A DNA stretch of 59,091 nt, taken from Octopus bimaculoides (Eukaryota). The stretch lies in assembly GCF_001194135.2 (NCBI RefSeq), contig NC_069008.1:15032211-15091301 (forward strand), given 5' to 3'. Position 1 is the first letter of the stretch; each line of letters starts with the position of its first letter. Both the position numbers and the translations under genes were made by a program. The notes under the pieces are model-generated. The model was not told the origin of the DNA. It saw nothing but the letters and a program-made list of their open reading frames with translations, and ran no database searches. Shown here in pieces: positions 39,761-53,391 of the stretch.

Positions 39761-41306
39761 CATCCTTAAACAACCCTTATTCAGGGACCATTTGAGTGGG
39801 ATGGGCTATTCAACCGGAAGAAAATTCTGAATAGGCTCCACCTGCAAGGTCATGCACTATCTTGATATGAGATCACTGTGTCCCGCACATATGGTTGTGA
39901 TGCATTTGCCTGGCACCCCAACAAGAGAGGTAGACATGATGGATATACTGGGCTTTGTGTATTTGTACCTCTGTGTCACTTTGATGGCATGCACTGCTCT
40001 CTCACTGAATAATAATAATAATGATATATATGTATGTATATAAGCACTCACATACAAGCTCTGGGTATGACTTAAAACTATATCCAGTAGTGGGGACCTG
40101 GTTCAGGGTTTTGAAAAGTGTGGAACCACCTCTTAGTCACTATTGATCTCAGTCTACTCTGATTCGGTAGGAGTAGCACCAGCAATATCCCCGCTAGGAG
40201 TTAGTTAGCCATATCATAGAAATTGCCTCTGGAACCTTGTGTGAGAATGGCTATACTACATGGTAGTGATACATGGGCTCTGAGTGTGGAGGACATGCAT
40301 AGACTGGAGAGGAATGAAGGTAGTACACTGTGTTGGATTTGCAACATCAGTGTGTGTGCAACCAACAAAACACAACTGTGTTGAGAGAAGAGTTGGGCAT
40401 GAGAGGAATTAAATGTGGCATGCAGGAGAGTAAACGTGGACCTTCAGCTTATAGCATCCTGATAACTACTGGGGCTCATATCACTTGCTGCAACAGGATA
40501 ATACAATATGAAGAACAAGAGAGTGAGAAAAGACAAGTGCAGGAATGAAAAAAAGGAAAAAAGAGGCATGTCTGTAGTTAAGGAGTTTGTTTACCAAACA
40601 TGTCATTTTGGGTTCAGTCTCAGTATAGCACCATGAGCAAGTATCTTCTACTAAAGCAACAGTGTAACCAAAACCTTGTGCATGGATTTCATTGATGGAA
40701 ACTGAAAGCATAGTGTCATGCATGTTTGTGTGTTTTTGTTCAGACATCATATGATGTCTGAGACATTACCTTGATCGGAAACCAGTGAGGGTTATTGGTG
40801 ACAGTTTGGGCATCTGACCATAACAATTCTTGCTCCATGAATCTAGTCTGACCCAGGCAAGCATGGAACAGTGACTGTTTAAACGATGATAATGATAACA
40901 ATTAGTTGCTGTTTATGACTTTATGTCCTGGCTTTTCTTAGCAGGTTCCTCTTTTACAGAACATCATCATCGTTTTAACACAAACCTGTTTCATAGCAAT
41001 GTTTACACAGAAGATTGGAGAAGAATATCACCATTCATAGGATAGTGACAAACACACAACTCTGTATTCAATAAAATACATACATACATTACACACACAC
41101 ATATATATATATTGTCGTCAAACTTAGAAGTTCCAGTGGCATGGATTCATTAAAGGTGAACCTCAACTTGCTAGGAAGTGACCCACACTCTTCGTTTCAT
41201 GACTTTCCTCTGTGGAATGGTGGAATTAATTGAAATGACATGAAAAACTTGAAATATTATCAATTTTATTTAGTGTTTTCAGCAATCAACAAAGAAACAA
41301 ACTTTG

Positions 41307-41337
<31 letters not shown>

Positions 41338-41960
41338 ATGTGTGCACATGTGTGGGTGGTTATAAGTGTAATATGTTATAAAACTTTATATGTTTAAAAA
41401 TAAAGGAATGTATGTATATGTAAGAATGTCAGTGTTCCTGCCTGTATGTATATATGAGATGTTCATTTATGGCCATAACTACACAACCATGCCCCACAGG
41501 ATTTGCTTCATACCTTTCAGAAAAATGTATATCTTACAAAGATGAGATTTTTTTTAATTAAGCTTTGGGGAGATAAGTTTTTGAGGACTTACATTATGAT
41601 TATCTTCATAAAGATTTGAAAAAAAAAAATTTTCTAGGGGAGTTTCCAATCTTCCTCAATCCCACCACAGTTTCATCATCATCTTCAATTTCCATAACTT
41701 TAGATTTTCACAATTTTTTAAAAATAATTGTTTGAAATAAAAACACTATGTACTCTACACCTTTGCAAACATTTTGCAGAAATTTCATTTAAAAATGTGA
41801 TCAGTTTGACACTAAGCGGTTGGCATCAGTAAATGTCAAACATAAAAAGTGGGTGATACATTGAGTGGATTAGCTACTTATATAGCAAAATGCTTACATC
41901 AGTTGATACTTAAAAGGTTTGTTATTGTTGCTATAAGTTTAGACATTGATACAGTTGCAC

Positions 41961-43283
41961 TTACATATGGATAGATGTATGTTTATTTAACTTATGAGTT
42001 TCAGAGAAAGATTTACCACAAATGTCACAGTGATATGACTTCTCTCCTGTATGAATACGTTTGTGTTTAGTTAAGTCACTACTTTGAGAGAATGATTTAC
42101 TACAGATATCACAAACATATGGCTTTTCACCTGTATGGATACGTTTGTGAGAAATTAAGTTACTACTTGCAGAGAATGATTTACCACAGATATCACAGTG
42201 ATGTGGCTTCTCTCCTGTATGAATACGTTTGTGAGAAGTCAAGTTATAACTTTGTGAGAATGATTTATCACAAATATCACAGTGAAATGGCTTTTCTCCT
42301 GAATGAATACGTTTGTGTTTAGTAAAGTCGCTACTCCCAGAGAATGATTTACCACAAATATTACAATGAAATGGCTTCTCTCCTGTATGACTACGAATGT
42401 GCCTAGTTAATGTACCAAATTTGGAGAATGATTTACCACAGATATCACAGAGATATTGCCTCTCCCCTGTATGAAAACTTTTGTGCTCAACTAAGTAACT
42501 ACTTACAGAGAATGATTTACCACAGATATCACAATGATATGGCTTCTCTCCTGTATGAATAACTTTGTGCCTAGTTAAATCACTGTTTGCAGAGAAAGAT
42601 TTACCACAGATATCACAGTGAAATGGCTTCTCTCCTGTATGAATATGCTTATGTTTACTCAAGTAACTACTTACAGAGAATGATTTATCACAGATATCAC
42701 AATGATATGGCTTCTCTGCTGTATGAATACGCTTGTGTTTGGTTAAAACACTACTTTCAGAGAATGATTTACTACAGATATCACAGCTATATGGCTTCTC
42801 CCCTGAATGAATACGTCTGTGAGAAGTCAAGTGATAACTTCGAGAGAATGATTTCCCACAGATATCACAGTGATATGGCTTCTCTCCCGTATGAACACGT
42901 TTGTGTGTAATTAAGACAGCACTTTGAGAGAATGATTTACCACAGATATCACAGTGATATGGCTTCTCCCCAGTATGAATACGAATGTGCTTATTTAAGT
43001 CAATATTTTGAGAAAATGATTTGTCACAGATATTACAGTTATATGGCTTCTCTCCTGTATGAATACGTATATGTATTGTCAGGGCAGTACTTCCAGAGAA
43101 AGATTTACCACAGATATCACAATGATATGGCTTCTCTCCCGTATGAATACGTTTGTGTTTAGTCAAGTTACCTTTTAGAGAGAATGTCTTTTCACAGATA
43201 TTACAGTCATAGGATAATTTACTTCTCTCTTTTATTATGTCTTCAGGTAAAATCAATTCGGCAAGTTTCTCGCTTTTTTCCAT
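41961..43283 (-). CDS. C2H2 zinc-finger protein ZNF7 (15 fingers)
   Basis: Tandem C2H2 ORF; homologous ATG at 43283; the longer ORF-track start runs through microsatellite. Confidence 0.93.
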   Translation of the reverse strand: MEKSEKLAELILPEDIIKERSKLSYDCNICEKTFSLKGNLTKHKRIHTGEKPYHCDICGKSFSGSTALTIHIRIHTGEKPYNCNICDKSFSQNIDLNKHIRIHTGEKPYHCDICGKSFSQSAVLITHKRVHTGEKPYHCDICGKSFSRSYHLTSHRRIHSGEKPYSCDICSKSFSESSVLTKHKRIHTAEKPYHCDICDKSFSVSSYLSKHKHIHTGEKPFHCDICGKSFSANSDLTRHKVIHTGEKPYHCDICGKSFSVSSYLVEHKSFHTGERQYLCDICGKSFSKFGTLTRHIRSHTGEKPFHCNICGKSFSGSSDFTKHKRIHSGEKPFHCDICDKSFSQSYNLTSHKRIHTGEKPHHCDICGKSFSASSNLISHKRIHTGEKPYVCDICSKSFSQSSDLTKHKRIHTGEKSYHCDICGKSFSETHKLNKHTSIHM

Positions 43284-44435
43284 AATTTTTCTTTTCAAAT
43301 CAATATATATATATAAATAATAATGATGATGATGATAAATATATATATACACACACATATATTTCTTTATTTTATTCTTATAGGTTATGCCTTGCCAATA
43401 TTTCAATCACTGTATTTCTGTCCAGTGTTACCTTTATCTCAGAACTCTTTTCTCAATTTATCCATGTTTAACTTGCACATAAATTCGTTTTGTAGACACT
43501 CTAGTCAGAAATGCATGGAACTTTTGGTAATAATCACAAAGCATATATTGCACTGGAATGCAATCATAACTTTATAGAAATGGTATTATATATCTGTTTT
43601 CTATAGCATTTTCTTTGTCTTCAAAACATGATAAATAATGAGAATGTATCTTCATTTATCACAAGGTCATTTGATATTCTGAAATTATAAAAAAAAAACA
43701 GTGTAAGACACAGAAGCTACTTAAAAATTACAGATTCAACACACATACAAATATCAGCATGAGAGATATACATATATAGAGAAAGAGTGAGAGAGAATGT
43801 GATAAATATACAGAGGATGAAAGCTTGCAATGAGAAAAGCATAAAAGACAGAGTAAACAGATATAGAGCTGTACGTAGATATATGCGACACACAATATTC
43901 CCTGTGACTGATCTGCATCACGTCATAACAGTTGTATGCATTAGAATTAATCAACACGGACAGTGCAGAGGGAATTTGAAATCGGGATCAGGCTACCCCA
44001 GGGAATAATTAGAAATCGATTTTTGATTACCAATAGGAAACTTGAAGTTTTGATATCTCTGGAAGATTTAATTTCATTACAAATAATATTCATTTCACAA
44101 ATTCCTCAAAGCAATGTAATTTTTCAACATAATCGGAAATTACATCGTTAAAACATATGAAGAAACAAAGTCGAAGACAGAATTATCTAACCCTTTCTCC
44201 CAATTATATTTTTTTCACAACAAATTCGAACATATTCGTAATCTACATTGTCTGAAAAGTATTTCTAGAAAACTTCATTACCAAAAATATCCATTTTTCA
44301 CAAAGTTATGACGAAACAAATTGCTAGTTGAGTGAGCACACTTCGGTAGTTATAACAAGAAACATTCGATAAATAATAATAAAGTATTGGTTTCTCAACA
44401 TTTCAGTGGTTGGGGTGTATTTGAGAATATTTCTC

Positions 44436-44825
44436 GGCACTATCATGCTTTTAGCTGTCAGAAGTGAAAGTGCTCACTGCCTGCTAGTGAAGTGTCTGCC
44501 TGTCTGCCTGTTGCTGGCCTGTCGATTCTTTGGCTACTGACAGCTAATACCATGACTGGCCGGAGCGAGCTATATGTCTGTCTGTCTCTCATTCTATCTA
44601 TCTATTACTCGAAAGTTCGCGCGTCCGCGCTAGCTAGTCGTGAGTAGAAAACACAAATTTAATATAAAAACATATTTCCTGAAATTGCAAATTATTTAAA
44701 ATATAAAAATATAATTTTCAACAGAGAGAATTTATCAAAATAGAAAACAAATGAAGTTTGAAGTTTAAAAATAATAGGATCGACCACTCACGACTAGCTA
44801 GTGCGGACGCGCGAACATTCGAGTG

Positions 44826-44874
<49 letters not shown>

Positions 44875-45006
44875 TATAGCTCGCTCCGGCCAGTCATGGT
44901 ATTAGCTGTCAGTAGCCAAAGAATCGACAGGCATTCAGGCAGACAGACAGATACTTCACTAGCAGTGAGCACTTTCACTTCTGACAGCTAATAGCATGAT
45001 AGTGCC
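44436..45006. mobile_element. 571-bp MITE with ~210-bp TIRs, GGCAC termini and 8-bp TSD (Merlin-like)
   Basis: Arms 44436-44645 and 44786-45006 are near-identical; flanks TATTTCTC and TTTTTTCTC (one copy degenerate). Confidence 0.9.
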
Positions 45007-45049
45007 TTTTTCTCAAACTAAAACACAACAAACACGGCAACGATGGAGG

Positions 45050-45310
45050 ATGTAGCTTCCATAGCTAGGAATAGCAGCCAAATCTTGCACAAATAATAGA
45101 TATCTCTCATTCACAGCTAGAAATAGCAGCCAAATCTCGCACAAATCATGGACATCTCTTCCATAGCTAGAAATAGCAGCCAAATCTGGCACAAAACATA
45201 GACATATCTCTTCCATAACAAGAAACAGCAACCAAATCTCGCTTAATTCATAGACAACTCTCATCCATAGCAAGAAATAGCAGCTAAATCTTGCACAATT
45301 TATAGACATT
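45050..45310 (-). repeat. Minisatellite, ~5 copies (ZNF7)
   Basis: Tandem reverse-complement units CATAGCTAGAAATAGCAGCCAAATC. Confidence 0.92.
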
Positions 45311-45382
45311 TCTGATACATAAAAGGTAGGAGAAACCCAACCAATCAAAAAGTCTACTGATGAAATATTATCATTGTTTAAT

Positions 45383-45535
45383 ACTCACGGAAAAGTTTCA
45401 TAAAGGATAACGTTGTTATAAGTGCATTTGTAATAACTGAGAAATGTATTAAAAGTTAATGAACAGAAATTCATTCCACCAACAATTAAACTAACGTCAA
45501 GATGGAAACGGAAATATATCTAGTGCGCATGCGTG
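45383..45535 (-). promoter_or_regulatory. ZNF7 promoter motif, exon 1 and donor
   Basis: TGCGCATGCGTG at 45524-45535; minus-strand donor GTGAGT starting at 45388. Confidence 0.72.
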
Positions 45536-45624
45536 TGTTTTTACATGAACCACGGCAGCTAACTCTTGTTACTACCTTTTTCTTCCGGTGAACCTCAACT
45601 TAGGCTAATAATTTGTAGGAAGGC

Positions 45625-46190
45625 AAATTTTTTTGCATCTTCTTCAGATCTGAATTTTTTTCCTTGCAAAAAGTTGTCTAATGCCTGGAAAACATGATAA
45701 TCAGTTGGTGCAAGGTCTGGTGAATATGGTGGATGACAGGGTACTTCCAATTTCAGTTACAAACTGCTGCTCCTCCATCCCAGACTGGTCAACAGAAGAG
45801 GACCAATAATTCTTCAGGACAATGCTTGACCACACATTTCACTAATGATGCTCCAGAAGTTGAGGGAACTTGGTTACGGAGTTCTTCCCCACCCAGCTTA
45901 TTCCCCAGACCTTTCTCCCACTGACTACCACTTTTTCAAGCACCTTCATGGTTTCCTGCAAGAGAAGGAGTTCAAAAATCAAACTGATGTTGAAAGTGCA
46001 TTCAAAGAGTTCATCAGCTCCAGAACTCCAGATTTTTATGTTAGCAGAATAAACAAACTTGTAACTCGTTCGCAAAAATGTGTTGATTTTAATGGTATTT
46101 ACTTTGATGAATAAAATTTCCGCATTGTTGAAATATATTGTGGTGAATTTCATGTTTCAAAACGTTGCTTACTTTTTACACAGCCTGATA
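45625..46190. mobile_element. Two mariner remnants in opposite orientation
   Basis: Minus strand: HPPYSPDLAPTDYHVFQALDNFLQGKKF (45630-45740); plus strand: HPAYSPDLSPTDYHFFKHL...YFDE followed by a TIR-like end CAGCCTGA|TA. Confidence 0.88.
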
Positions 46191-46249
46191 TATCAACACA
46201 CCAGCATACATGCAAACAGAAATATATACATACACCGGCAAGCATATAC

Positions 46250-46700
46250 ATTCAAGGCGGCATATGGAATTTCTCCCTACACCTTTCCAACATATCAATC
46301 AAGGCCATCTCCTAGAAGAGATTAGTGATTTGTCTACTTTCCTACATGCTAGTACTTTGGGTTTTGTTAAATTAACTCTAAGGCCCTCTGAATACAGACG
46401 TTGCATCCACACCTTATATTCATTCTCTAATTCTAGTAGAAATTCAGCTATAAGAACAAGGTTATCATCATAGTGGAGCTGCCAAGGGAATCCAGTCTTA
46501 AATTCCTCTGCTATGGCTAGAAGGTCTATGATAAATTAGAGGGGAGTGAGAACTGATCCATCAGGAACTCCTACTTGCTTACTAAATTCATTGCTACACA
46601 CATTACCAACTTTCATCTTACTGACAGCATCCCTGTACATAGTTTGTATGGCTCACACCAACAACTCTATCCTTAGCTTCTGCATTAACCACTGAACAAG
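46250..46700 (-). mobile_element. RTE LINE RT fragment
   Basis: VGVPDGSVLTPL...EEFKTGFPWQLHYDDNLVLIAE; homologous to 9900-10200. Confidence 0.78.
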
Positions 46701-47471
46701 GAAGTGAGGGAACCTGTCAAAGGTTTTCTCCATCTCAAGTATAGAGGTTTAATTTTTGCTAAGTTCTTCTCCAGCACTGGCCTTACAAAGAAGATAACAT
46801 CAGTAGTACTTCTACCTAGCACAAAACCAAACTGCATCTATTTTAGGTTAACTCTCTTCCTAATTAGCTATGAGCCTCACAACAAGACGGTGGAGTCGAG
46901 AAGGGTCAGAATCTCATAAAAATATTTCATTTCTCAATTTCAGTAAGGTAATTGTAGTCTAGACCCTCAAACACTTATCTCTGCAAAGTTTAATTTAAAC
47001 AACGATAAGTAGGTTATGAGTAGACATTCTGTTGTGGGGCACTAAACTATTGTTATGAGGAATCTTCTTCTATTGTGGTTTCTTCCATTTTGTACAGGAG
47101 GTCATTGTTTATATAAATATTTGATAACTTTACTGCATCCCTGTGTTTGAAAAAGCCATAACTTATGCTAACATTAACATATTTGAGAAGTATTTAAAAG
47201 CTAATAAAAAAATAAATATATAGTAAATTGGGGAAGTGGTATTAAACAACGAACAATGTGTAGGGTTTAAGGAGGAGAAATTTTAGTATAGAGATCCCTA
47301 CATCATGGGAAATGAAAGGAGCATGGAAGTGAGGCTTGTGTGAAAAGGTATGAAAGACAAAATAAAAAAACTGGAATTTTTGGAAATGCTTTATTTTCAG
47401 AATTGTAATTTCCATTACATGAAAAATATGAATATTAAGAAAAAGAAGTTAACAGAAGAAACAATTAGAAA

Positions 47472-48872
47472 TTAATCTTTTCCTTTCTCTTCTCTATGAA
47501 GACGTACATGTCTAGTTAAATTACTACTTTCAGTGAATGATTTACCACAGACATCACAATAATATGGCTTCTCTCCTGTATGAGTACGTTTATGTGAAGT
47601 TACGCTATAACTTTGAGAGAATGATTTACCACATATATCACAGTGATATGGTCTCTCGCCTGAATGAAAACGTTTGTGTTTAGTTAAGTCACTATTTTGT
47701 GAGAATGATTTACCACATATATCACAGTGATATGGTCTCTCTCCTGAATGAAAACGTTTGTGTTTAGTTAAGTCACCATTATCAGGGAATGATTTACCAC
47801 AGATATCACAATGATAAGGTTTCTCTCCTGTATGAGTACGTTTATGTGCAGTTAAGGAACTATTTTGGGAGAAGGATTTACCACAAATATCACAATGATA
47901 TGACTTCTCTCCTGTATGAATACGTATGTGTGCAGTTAAGTTACTACTTTCAGAGAATGATTTACCACAGATACCACAATGATATGGCTTCTCCCCTGTA
48001 TGAATACGCTTGTGTGAATTTAATTTACTACTTTCAATGAATGATTTGCCGCAGATATCACAATGATGTGGCTTTTCTCCTGTATGAGTACGCTTGTGTG
48101 ATGTCAAGGAATTACCTTGAGAGAAAGATTTACCACAGATATTGCAGTGATATGGCTTCTCTCCTGTATGAATACGCTTGTGTGCAGTTAATTTACCACT
48201 TTCAATGAACGATTTACCACAGATAGCACAATGATATGGTTTCACTCCTGTATGAATACGTCTGTGTCTAGTTATGTCATTATTGCGGATGAAAGATTTA
48301 CCACAGATATCACAGTGATATGGCTTCTCTCCTGTATGAATACGGTTATGTGCAGTTAATTTACCACTTTCAATGAAAGATTTACCACAGAAATCACAAT
48401 GATATGGTTTCACTCCTGTATGAATACGTCTGTGTCTAGTTATGTCATTATTGCGGATGAAAGATTTACCACAGATATCACAGTGATATGGCTTCTCTCC
48501 TGTATGAATACGCTTGTGTGCAGTTAATTTACCACTTTCAATAAAAGATTTACAGCAGACATCACAATGATGTGGCTTCTCTCCTGTATGAGCACGCTTG
48601 TGTGAAGTTAAAGAATTACTCTGGGAGAAGGATTTACCACAGATATCACAATGATATGGCTTCTCTCCTGTATGAATACGTTTGTGCTTAGTTAAGTCAC
48701 CATTATCAGAGAATGATTTACCACAGATATCACAGTGATATGGCTTTTCACCTGTGTGGATACGTTTGTGAGCAATTAAGTTACTATTGGCAGAGAATGA
48801 TTTACCACAGACATCACAGTGATGTGGTTTTTCTCCTGCATATATTTCTATATTTTTCTCACTCTTTTTCAT
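47472..48872 (-). CDS. C2H2 zinc-finger protein ZNF8 (16 fingers)
   Basis: Tandem C2H2 ORF; ATG at 48872; C-terminus HREEKGKD; AATAAA on the minus strand at 47390-47395. Confidence 0.93.
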   Translation of the reverse strand: MKKSEKNIEIYAGEKPHHCDVCGKSFSANSNLIAHKRIHTGEKPYHCDICGKSFSDNGDLTKHKRIHTGEKPYHCDICGKSFSQSNSLTSHKRAHTGEKPHHCDVCCKSFIESGKLTAHKRIHTGEKPYHCDICGKSFIRNNDITRHRRIHTGVKPYHCDFCGKSFIESGKLTAHNRIHTGEKPYHCDICGKSFIRNNDITRHRRIHTGVKPYHCAICGKSFIESGKLTAHKRIHTGEKPYHCNICGKSFSQGNSLTSHKRTHTGEKPHHCDICGKSFIESSKLNSHKRIHTGEKPYHCGICGKSFSESSNLTAHIRIHTGEKSYHCDICGKSFSQNSSLTAHKRTHTGEKPYHCDICGKSFPDNGDLTKHKRFHSGERPYHCDICGKSFSQNSDLTKHKRFHSGERPYHCDICGKSFSQSYSVTSHKRTHTGEKPYYCDVCGKSFTESSNLTRHVRLHREEKGKD

Positions 48873-49593
48873 TATTATTTTTCTCAATCGACAATGTAAA
48901 TATAATTTTCTTGTTTTTCTTCTTGTTATTTAATCTTACAAATACTTTCACTCCTGATTTCTGTCCACTGTTTCCCTGCTCTAATAACATTTATGTAAAT
49001 GTATCCAAGCACACAAACTCATCTTCTTAGCACTCCAGTCAGTGATGTGCAGAAATTTTGCTAATCATATCAGATTAGAAGAAATATTTCACAGAAATCC
49101 ACAACATATTTATAGAAAGTGTTATATATCTGCTTTGTATATCATTTTCTTTCAGTTTCAAAAGATGATAAATATTGACAATGTATCTTCTATGATGCCA
49201 AAGTCATTTGATATCCTGAAATAATAAAGAAACAACAGTGTAAGATAAAGAGGCTGCTTTAAAAATACGGATTCAACAGAAGAAAATTAACAACATTTCT
49301 ATAGAGATAAACTTAAGAAATAAACATTTACCTAATCTTTTTAATGTATTAAAATTTACATCACTGAATCTTCTGTGCTTACATATTTGTAAACTACAGC
49401 TACATCTTCACATTGTGTAATATTATTTAGATTAAACTGCAGAATAAGAAGACAATAACATTCTTCTCTCTTAAGAATGTTGTTTAGTTGCAGAGTAAAG
49501 ACATTCTATCCATGAACATCCTGTTTTTGCAGTAGCATTGTATATCTATGACTACATTTTCAATATTTAGTGTGTGCATCCTTATAGTTAGTA

Positions 49594-49977
49594 CTTGTTG
49601 TTGTTGTTGGCACTCCGTCGCTTACGACGTTGAGGGTTCCAGTTGATCCGATCAATGGAACAGCCTGCTTGTGAAATTAACGTGCAAGTGGCTGAGCACT
49701 CCACAGACACGTGTACCCTTAACGTAGTTCTCGGGGGATATTCAGCGTGACACAGTGTGTGACAAGGCTGACCCCTTTGAATTTCAGGCACAACAGAAAC
49801 AGGAAGAAAGAGTGAGAGAAAGTTATGGTGAAAGAGTACAGCAGGGTTCGCCACCATCCCCTGCCGGAGCCTCGTGGAGCTTTTAGGTGTTTTCGCTCAA
49901 TAAACACTCACAATACTCGGTCTGGGAATCGAAACCGCGAGTCCGCTGCCCTAACCACTGGGCCATTGCGCCTCCAC
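49594..49977 (-). mobile_element. Apparently full-length tRNA-derived SINE with (AAC)n tail
   Basis: Head GTGGAGGCGCAATGGCCCAGTGGTTAGG...GGTTTCGATTCCC; (AAC)n tail; possible TSD TAGTT(A/G)GTA. Confidence 0.85.
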
Positions 49978-50102
49978 ACTAGTAGTTGGTACTATTAGTG
50001 TGACAATAATAAAGATAGGTTATGACGAAAGTGGAGATAATTTTTGACTACTCCTCATAAATATTATGTCTACATATACATATGAATGTAATGAATTTAT
50101 GC

Positions 50103-50144
<42 letters not shown>

Positions 50145-50179
50145 GATATCTATACATATATATTCATACATGTATGTTG

Positions 50180-50560
50180 GCACAGGTGTGGTTGTGTGGT
50201 AAGAAGCTTGCTTCCTAACTATATGGTTCCAGGTTCAGTCCCACTGTGTGGCATCTTGGCCAGGTGTCTTCTAGTATAGCTTTGGGCCGGCCAAAGCCTT
50301 TTTAGTGGATTTGGAAGACAGAAACTTAATGAAGCCCATCATATATATGTATACATATTAATGTATGTGTGTCTGTGTTTGTCTTCCACCACGGTTTGAT
50401 AAACAGTGTCAAGATGTTTGCATCTCCCAAACTTAACAGTTCAGCAAAAGAGACCAATAAAAAACTAAGTACAGGGGTCAATTCATTCGACTAACCATTC
50501 AAGGCGGTGGCCCAGCATGGCTGCAGTCTAATGACTGAAAGAAGTAAAAGATAAAAGATA
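50180..50560 (+). mobile_element. tRNA-derived SINE
   Basis: Head GTGGTAAGAAGCTTGCTTCC...GGTTCAGTCCCACTG; tail GTAAAAGATAAAAGATA. Confidence 0.7.
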
Positions 50561-51484
50561 TACATCCATATATTTATAAATGTATAAATATCTACTTACA
50601 CACACACATATATATACATTCCTACCTACCCACATATATAAAAACATTATGCTTGCATATGTACATATGGTGGGCTTCTTTCAGTTTCAGTCTATCAAAT
50701 CTATTCACAAGGCTTTACTCAGCCCTGGGCTACAGGAGAAGATAGTTGTTTGAAGTGCCTCTGCAGGCCTGTTTATCTATGTGTGGTTGTGTATATATGC
50801 ATTTGTCATGTTTCTGATGTCAAATAACTGATATTGACCTGTATGAGTCGGTTTTGCTGGAGAACTGAAGCAACAGATTAACATTATCTTGCCTTACTCA
50901 TTTTGCCCCAATCAAATTTCTCTTTTACATGTTCAGATAACAGCGATAATTTTCTGAAATAGCGATCAGATTATGTTATACTGCCTTTTAATGCATTTAG
51001 GGAAGGCCGTGTGCTTAGCTCATACAGTCTTTGTAAGGAAGTGAACATTCGTAAAAAATATATTTTGTCTCAAAATCAAAAGTACAATAAAAACACCTCA
51101 TTCTGCTCGCCCAGTGCATAAATACACAAACACACACACGTTATATTTAACTTGTTTCAGTCATTAGAATACGACCATCCTGGGGCACGGACTTGAAGTT
51201 TTTAGTAAAACACGAATGGGCTCCAGAACTTATTTTCTCAGCCTGGCACTTATTCAAGCAGTTTCTTTTTGGCCCAACTGCTGCTTTTTTATGGGGACAT
51301 AAACAAATTAACACCGGTTTTCAAGCGATTTTAGTGAACAGAGAGAAATACAAATACACAGATGTGTAGACTGGCTTCTTTCACTTTCTGTCTACCAAAT
51401 TCACTCACGAGGCTTTGGTTGCTAGAGGCTGACACAAAAGCACACAACAAACTAAGGTGACAACAATGGAGAGTGTACAAGTTA

Positions 51485-51962
51485 GCTTCCATAACTAGAA
51501 ATAGCAGCCAAATCTCGCATAAACCATAAACATATCTCATCGGCAGCTAAATCTCGCACAAACCATGGACATCTCTCTTCCATAGCTAGAAATAGCAGCC
51601 AAATATCGCACAAATCATAAACATATCCGATCTGCAGCCAAATCTAGCACAAATCATGGTTATTTCTCTTCCATAGCTACCAATAGCAGCCAAATATCGC
51701 ACAAATCAAAGACTTCGCTCATCTATAGCTAGAAATGACAGCCAAATCTAGCCCAAATCATGGATATCTCTCTTCCATAGCTAGCAATAGCAGCCAAATC
51801 TCGCGCAAATAATATACATCTCTCTACCATACCTAGAAATAGCCAAATCTTGCATAAATCATAGACATCTGTCGTCTGCATCTAGAGACAGCAGCCAAAT
51901 CATGGACATCTCTCTTCCATAGCTAGAAATAGCAGCCAAATCATGGATATCTCTCTTCCATA
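51485..51962 (-). repeat. Minisatellite, ~10 copies, mixed 52/41-bp units (ZNF8)
   Basis: Tandem reverse-complement units. Confidence 0.93.
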
Positions 51963-52052
51963 AAAGACAGAAGAGACACAAAGAATCAACATTTCAAAAA
52001 CCGAACGTCTACAATGTTTAAGATAAAAGATTGAATTTTTTCGTTGTTTAAT

Positions 52053-52201
52053 ACTTACGTGAATGCTTGATATGGACATAGTTACTATAAACTGTGTGTG
52101 TTGGTTGAGAAACGAATTAAAAGATGATGAAGAGATATTCATGCGACGAACATTTCTAATCTGATGCCAAGAAACGAAGGTATGTATATTGCGCATGCGC
52201 A
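52053..52201 (-). promoter_or_regulatory. ZNF8 promoter motif, exon 1 and donor
   Basis: TGCGCATGCGCA at 52190-52201; minus-strand donor GTAAGT starting at 52058. Confidence 0.75.
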
Positions 52202-53391
52202 TTTTTCATCTGTAATACTATTAGCAGATAAGACTTGTTATCTCCCTTTAAGTAGCATTCTATTGTGATTGTACGTTTTTCTGTGTATTTATGACATCTG
52301 GTTAAATGGTAATGGGTATCACTATGGATTTTTGAAAGTATCTAAATGTAATATCTACTTTACTTCTTATTTGAGAGGATCATCCAAAAAGAAACATTTT
52401 GTTAGCGCAGTTGTGAAATTTGGATGAATATTTTGAGGAATATAACAATGCGAATGGTCAGCAAATTTGTTGAAATTTTACCTTACTAGGAAGTTAGCAC
52501 AAAACGAAAGTACATCACATCTAGGCCAACTCTCTTCCTAATTTCATGGGATATGACTCTGACAAAAGCAGAGTGGAGTTGAGAAGGATCACAATCTACT
52601 TGGAAAACTTTTTTTCATCAGTTATGTTAAGATAATTGTAATCTAGACCCTTGAAAGCTGCTAAGTTTAATTTAAAAACCAATTCTTCAGAAAGTTAAGA
52701 GAATATAATCTGTTGTAGGGCCCTAGACCATAGATATGCCCCATGTTTTTGTGGTGTCTTCGATTTCGTACTGGAGGTCATTGTTTTTTTATATATTTGA
52801 CAATTTTGCTGCATTTCTGTGTTTGAAAGAACCCCTAACATACCTAACTGTTAACACATTTAAGGGGTGAAGTATTTAAAATTTAATAATGAATAAATAT
52901 ACAGTAAATTAGGAAGTGATACTTAACAAAGCCATGTGTAGGGTTGCCAGGAGGAATTTCAGTATAGAGGTCCCTACATCATGGGAAATGAAACGGGAAT
53001 GGAAGTAAAGGAGGAAGCTGGGAGAAATTTTTCAAAAAAAGACAAAAAGAAACTCGAATTTCTGGAAAAGCATTTTTTCAGAGTCGTAATGTCAGTTACA
53101 TGATACACAGGAATATTTTTTAAAAAAAGTTTACAAAAGAATCCATACAAAGTAGCCTTTTCCTTTCTCCCCTGTATGAATACATTTGTGTGCAGTTAAT
53201 TTACTATTTTCAGTGAATAATTTATCAGTGAAATAGCTTCACATTTGTATGAAGTGAAGGCATAATGGTCAGACAATGATTTAGTAGACATCACTTTGAT
53301 ATGGTTTCTCTCTGGTGTGAATACACTTGTGTCTAGTTAAGTTACTATTTATAGAGAACAATGTGAATGATTTACCACAGATAGCACAATG

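Noticed and set aside
39575-40440. ~180-bp duplicated segment (39575 and 40240)
   Set aside because: Both copies are pieces of the same RTE LINE region.
43284-43406. N-terminal extension MKYWQG...HHHH of ZNF7
   Set aside because: It reads through TA and CAT microsatellite; paralogs start at the downstream ATG.
49900-49977. tRNA genes at SINE heads (also 1380-1410, 50190-50250, 55600-55688)
   Set aside because: A/B-box-like heads continue into SINE bodies and tails; no complete cloverleaf.
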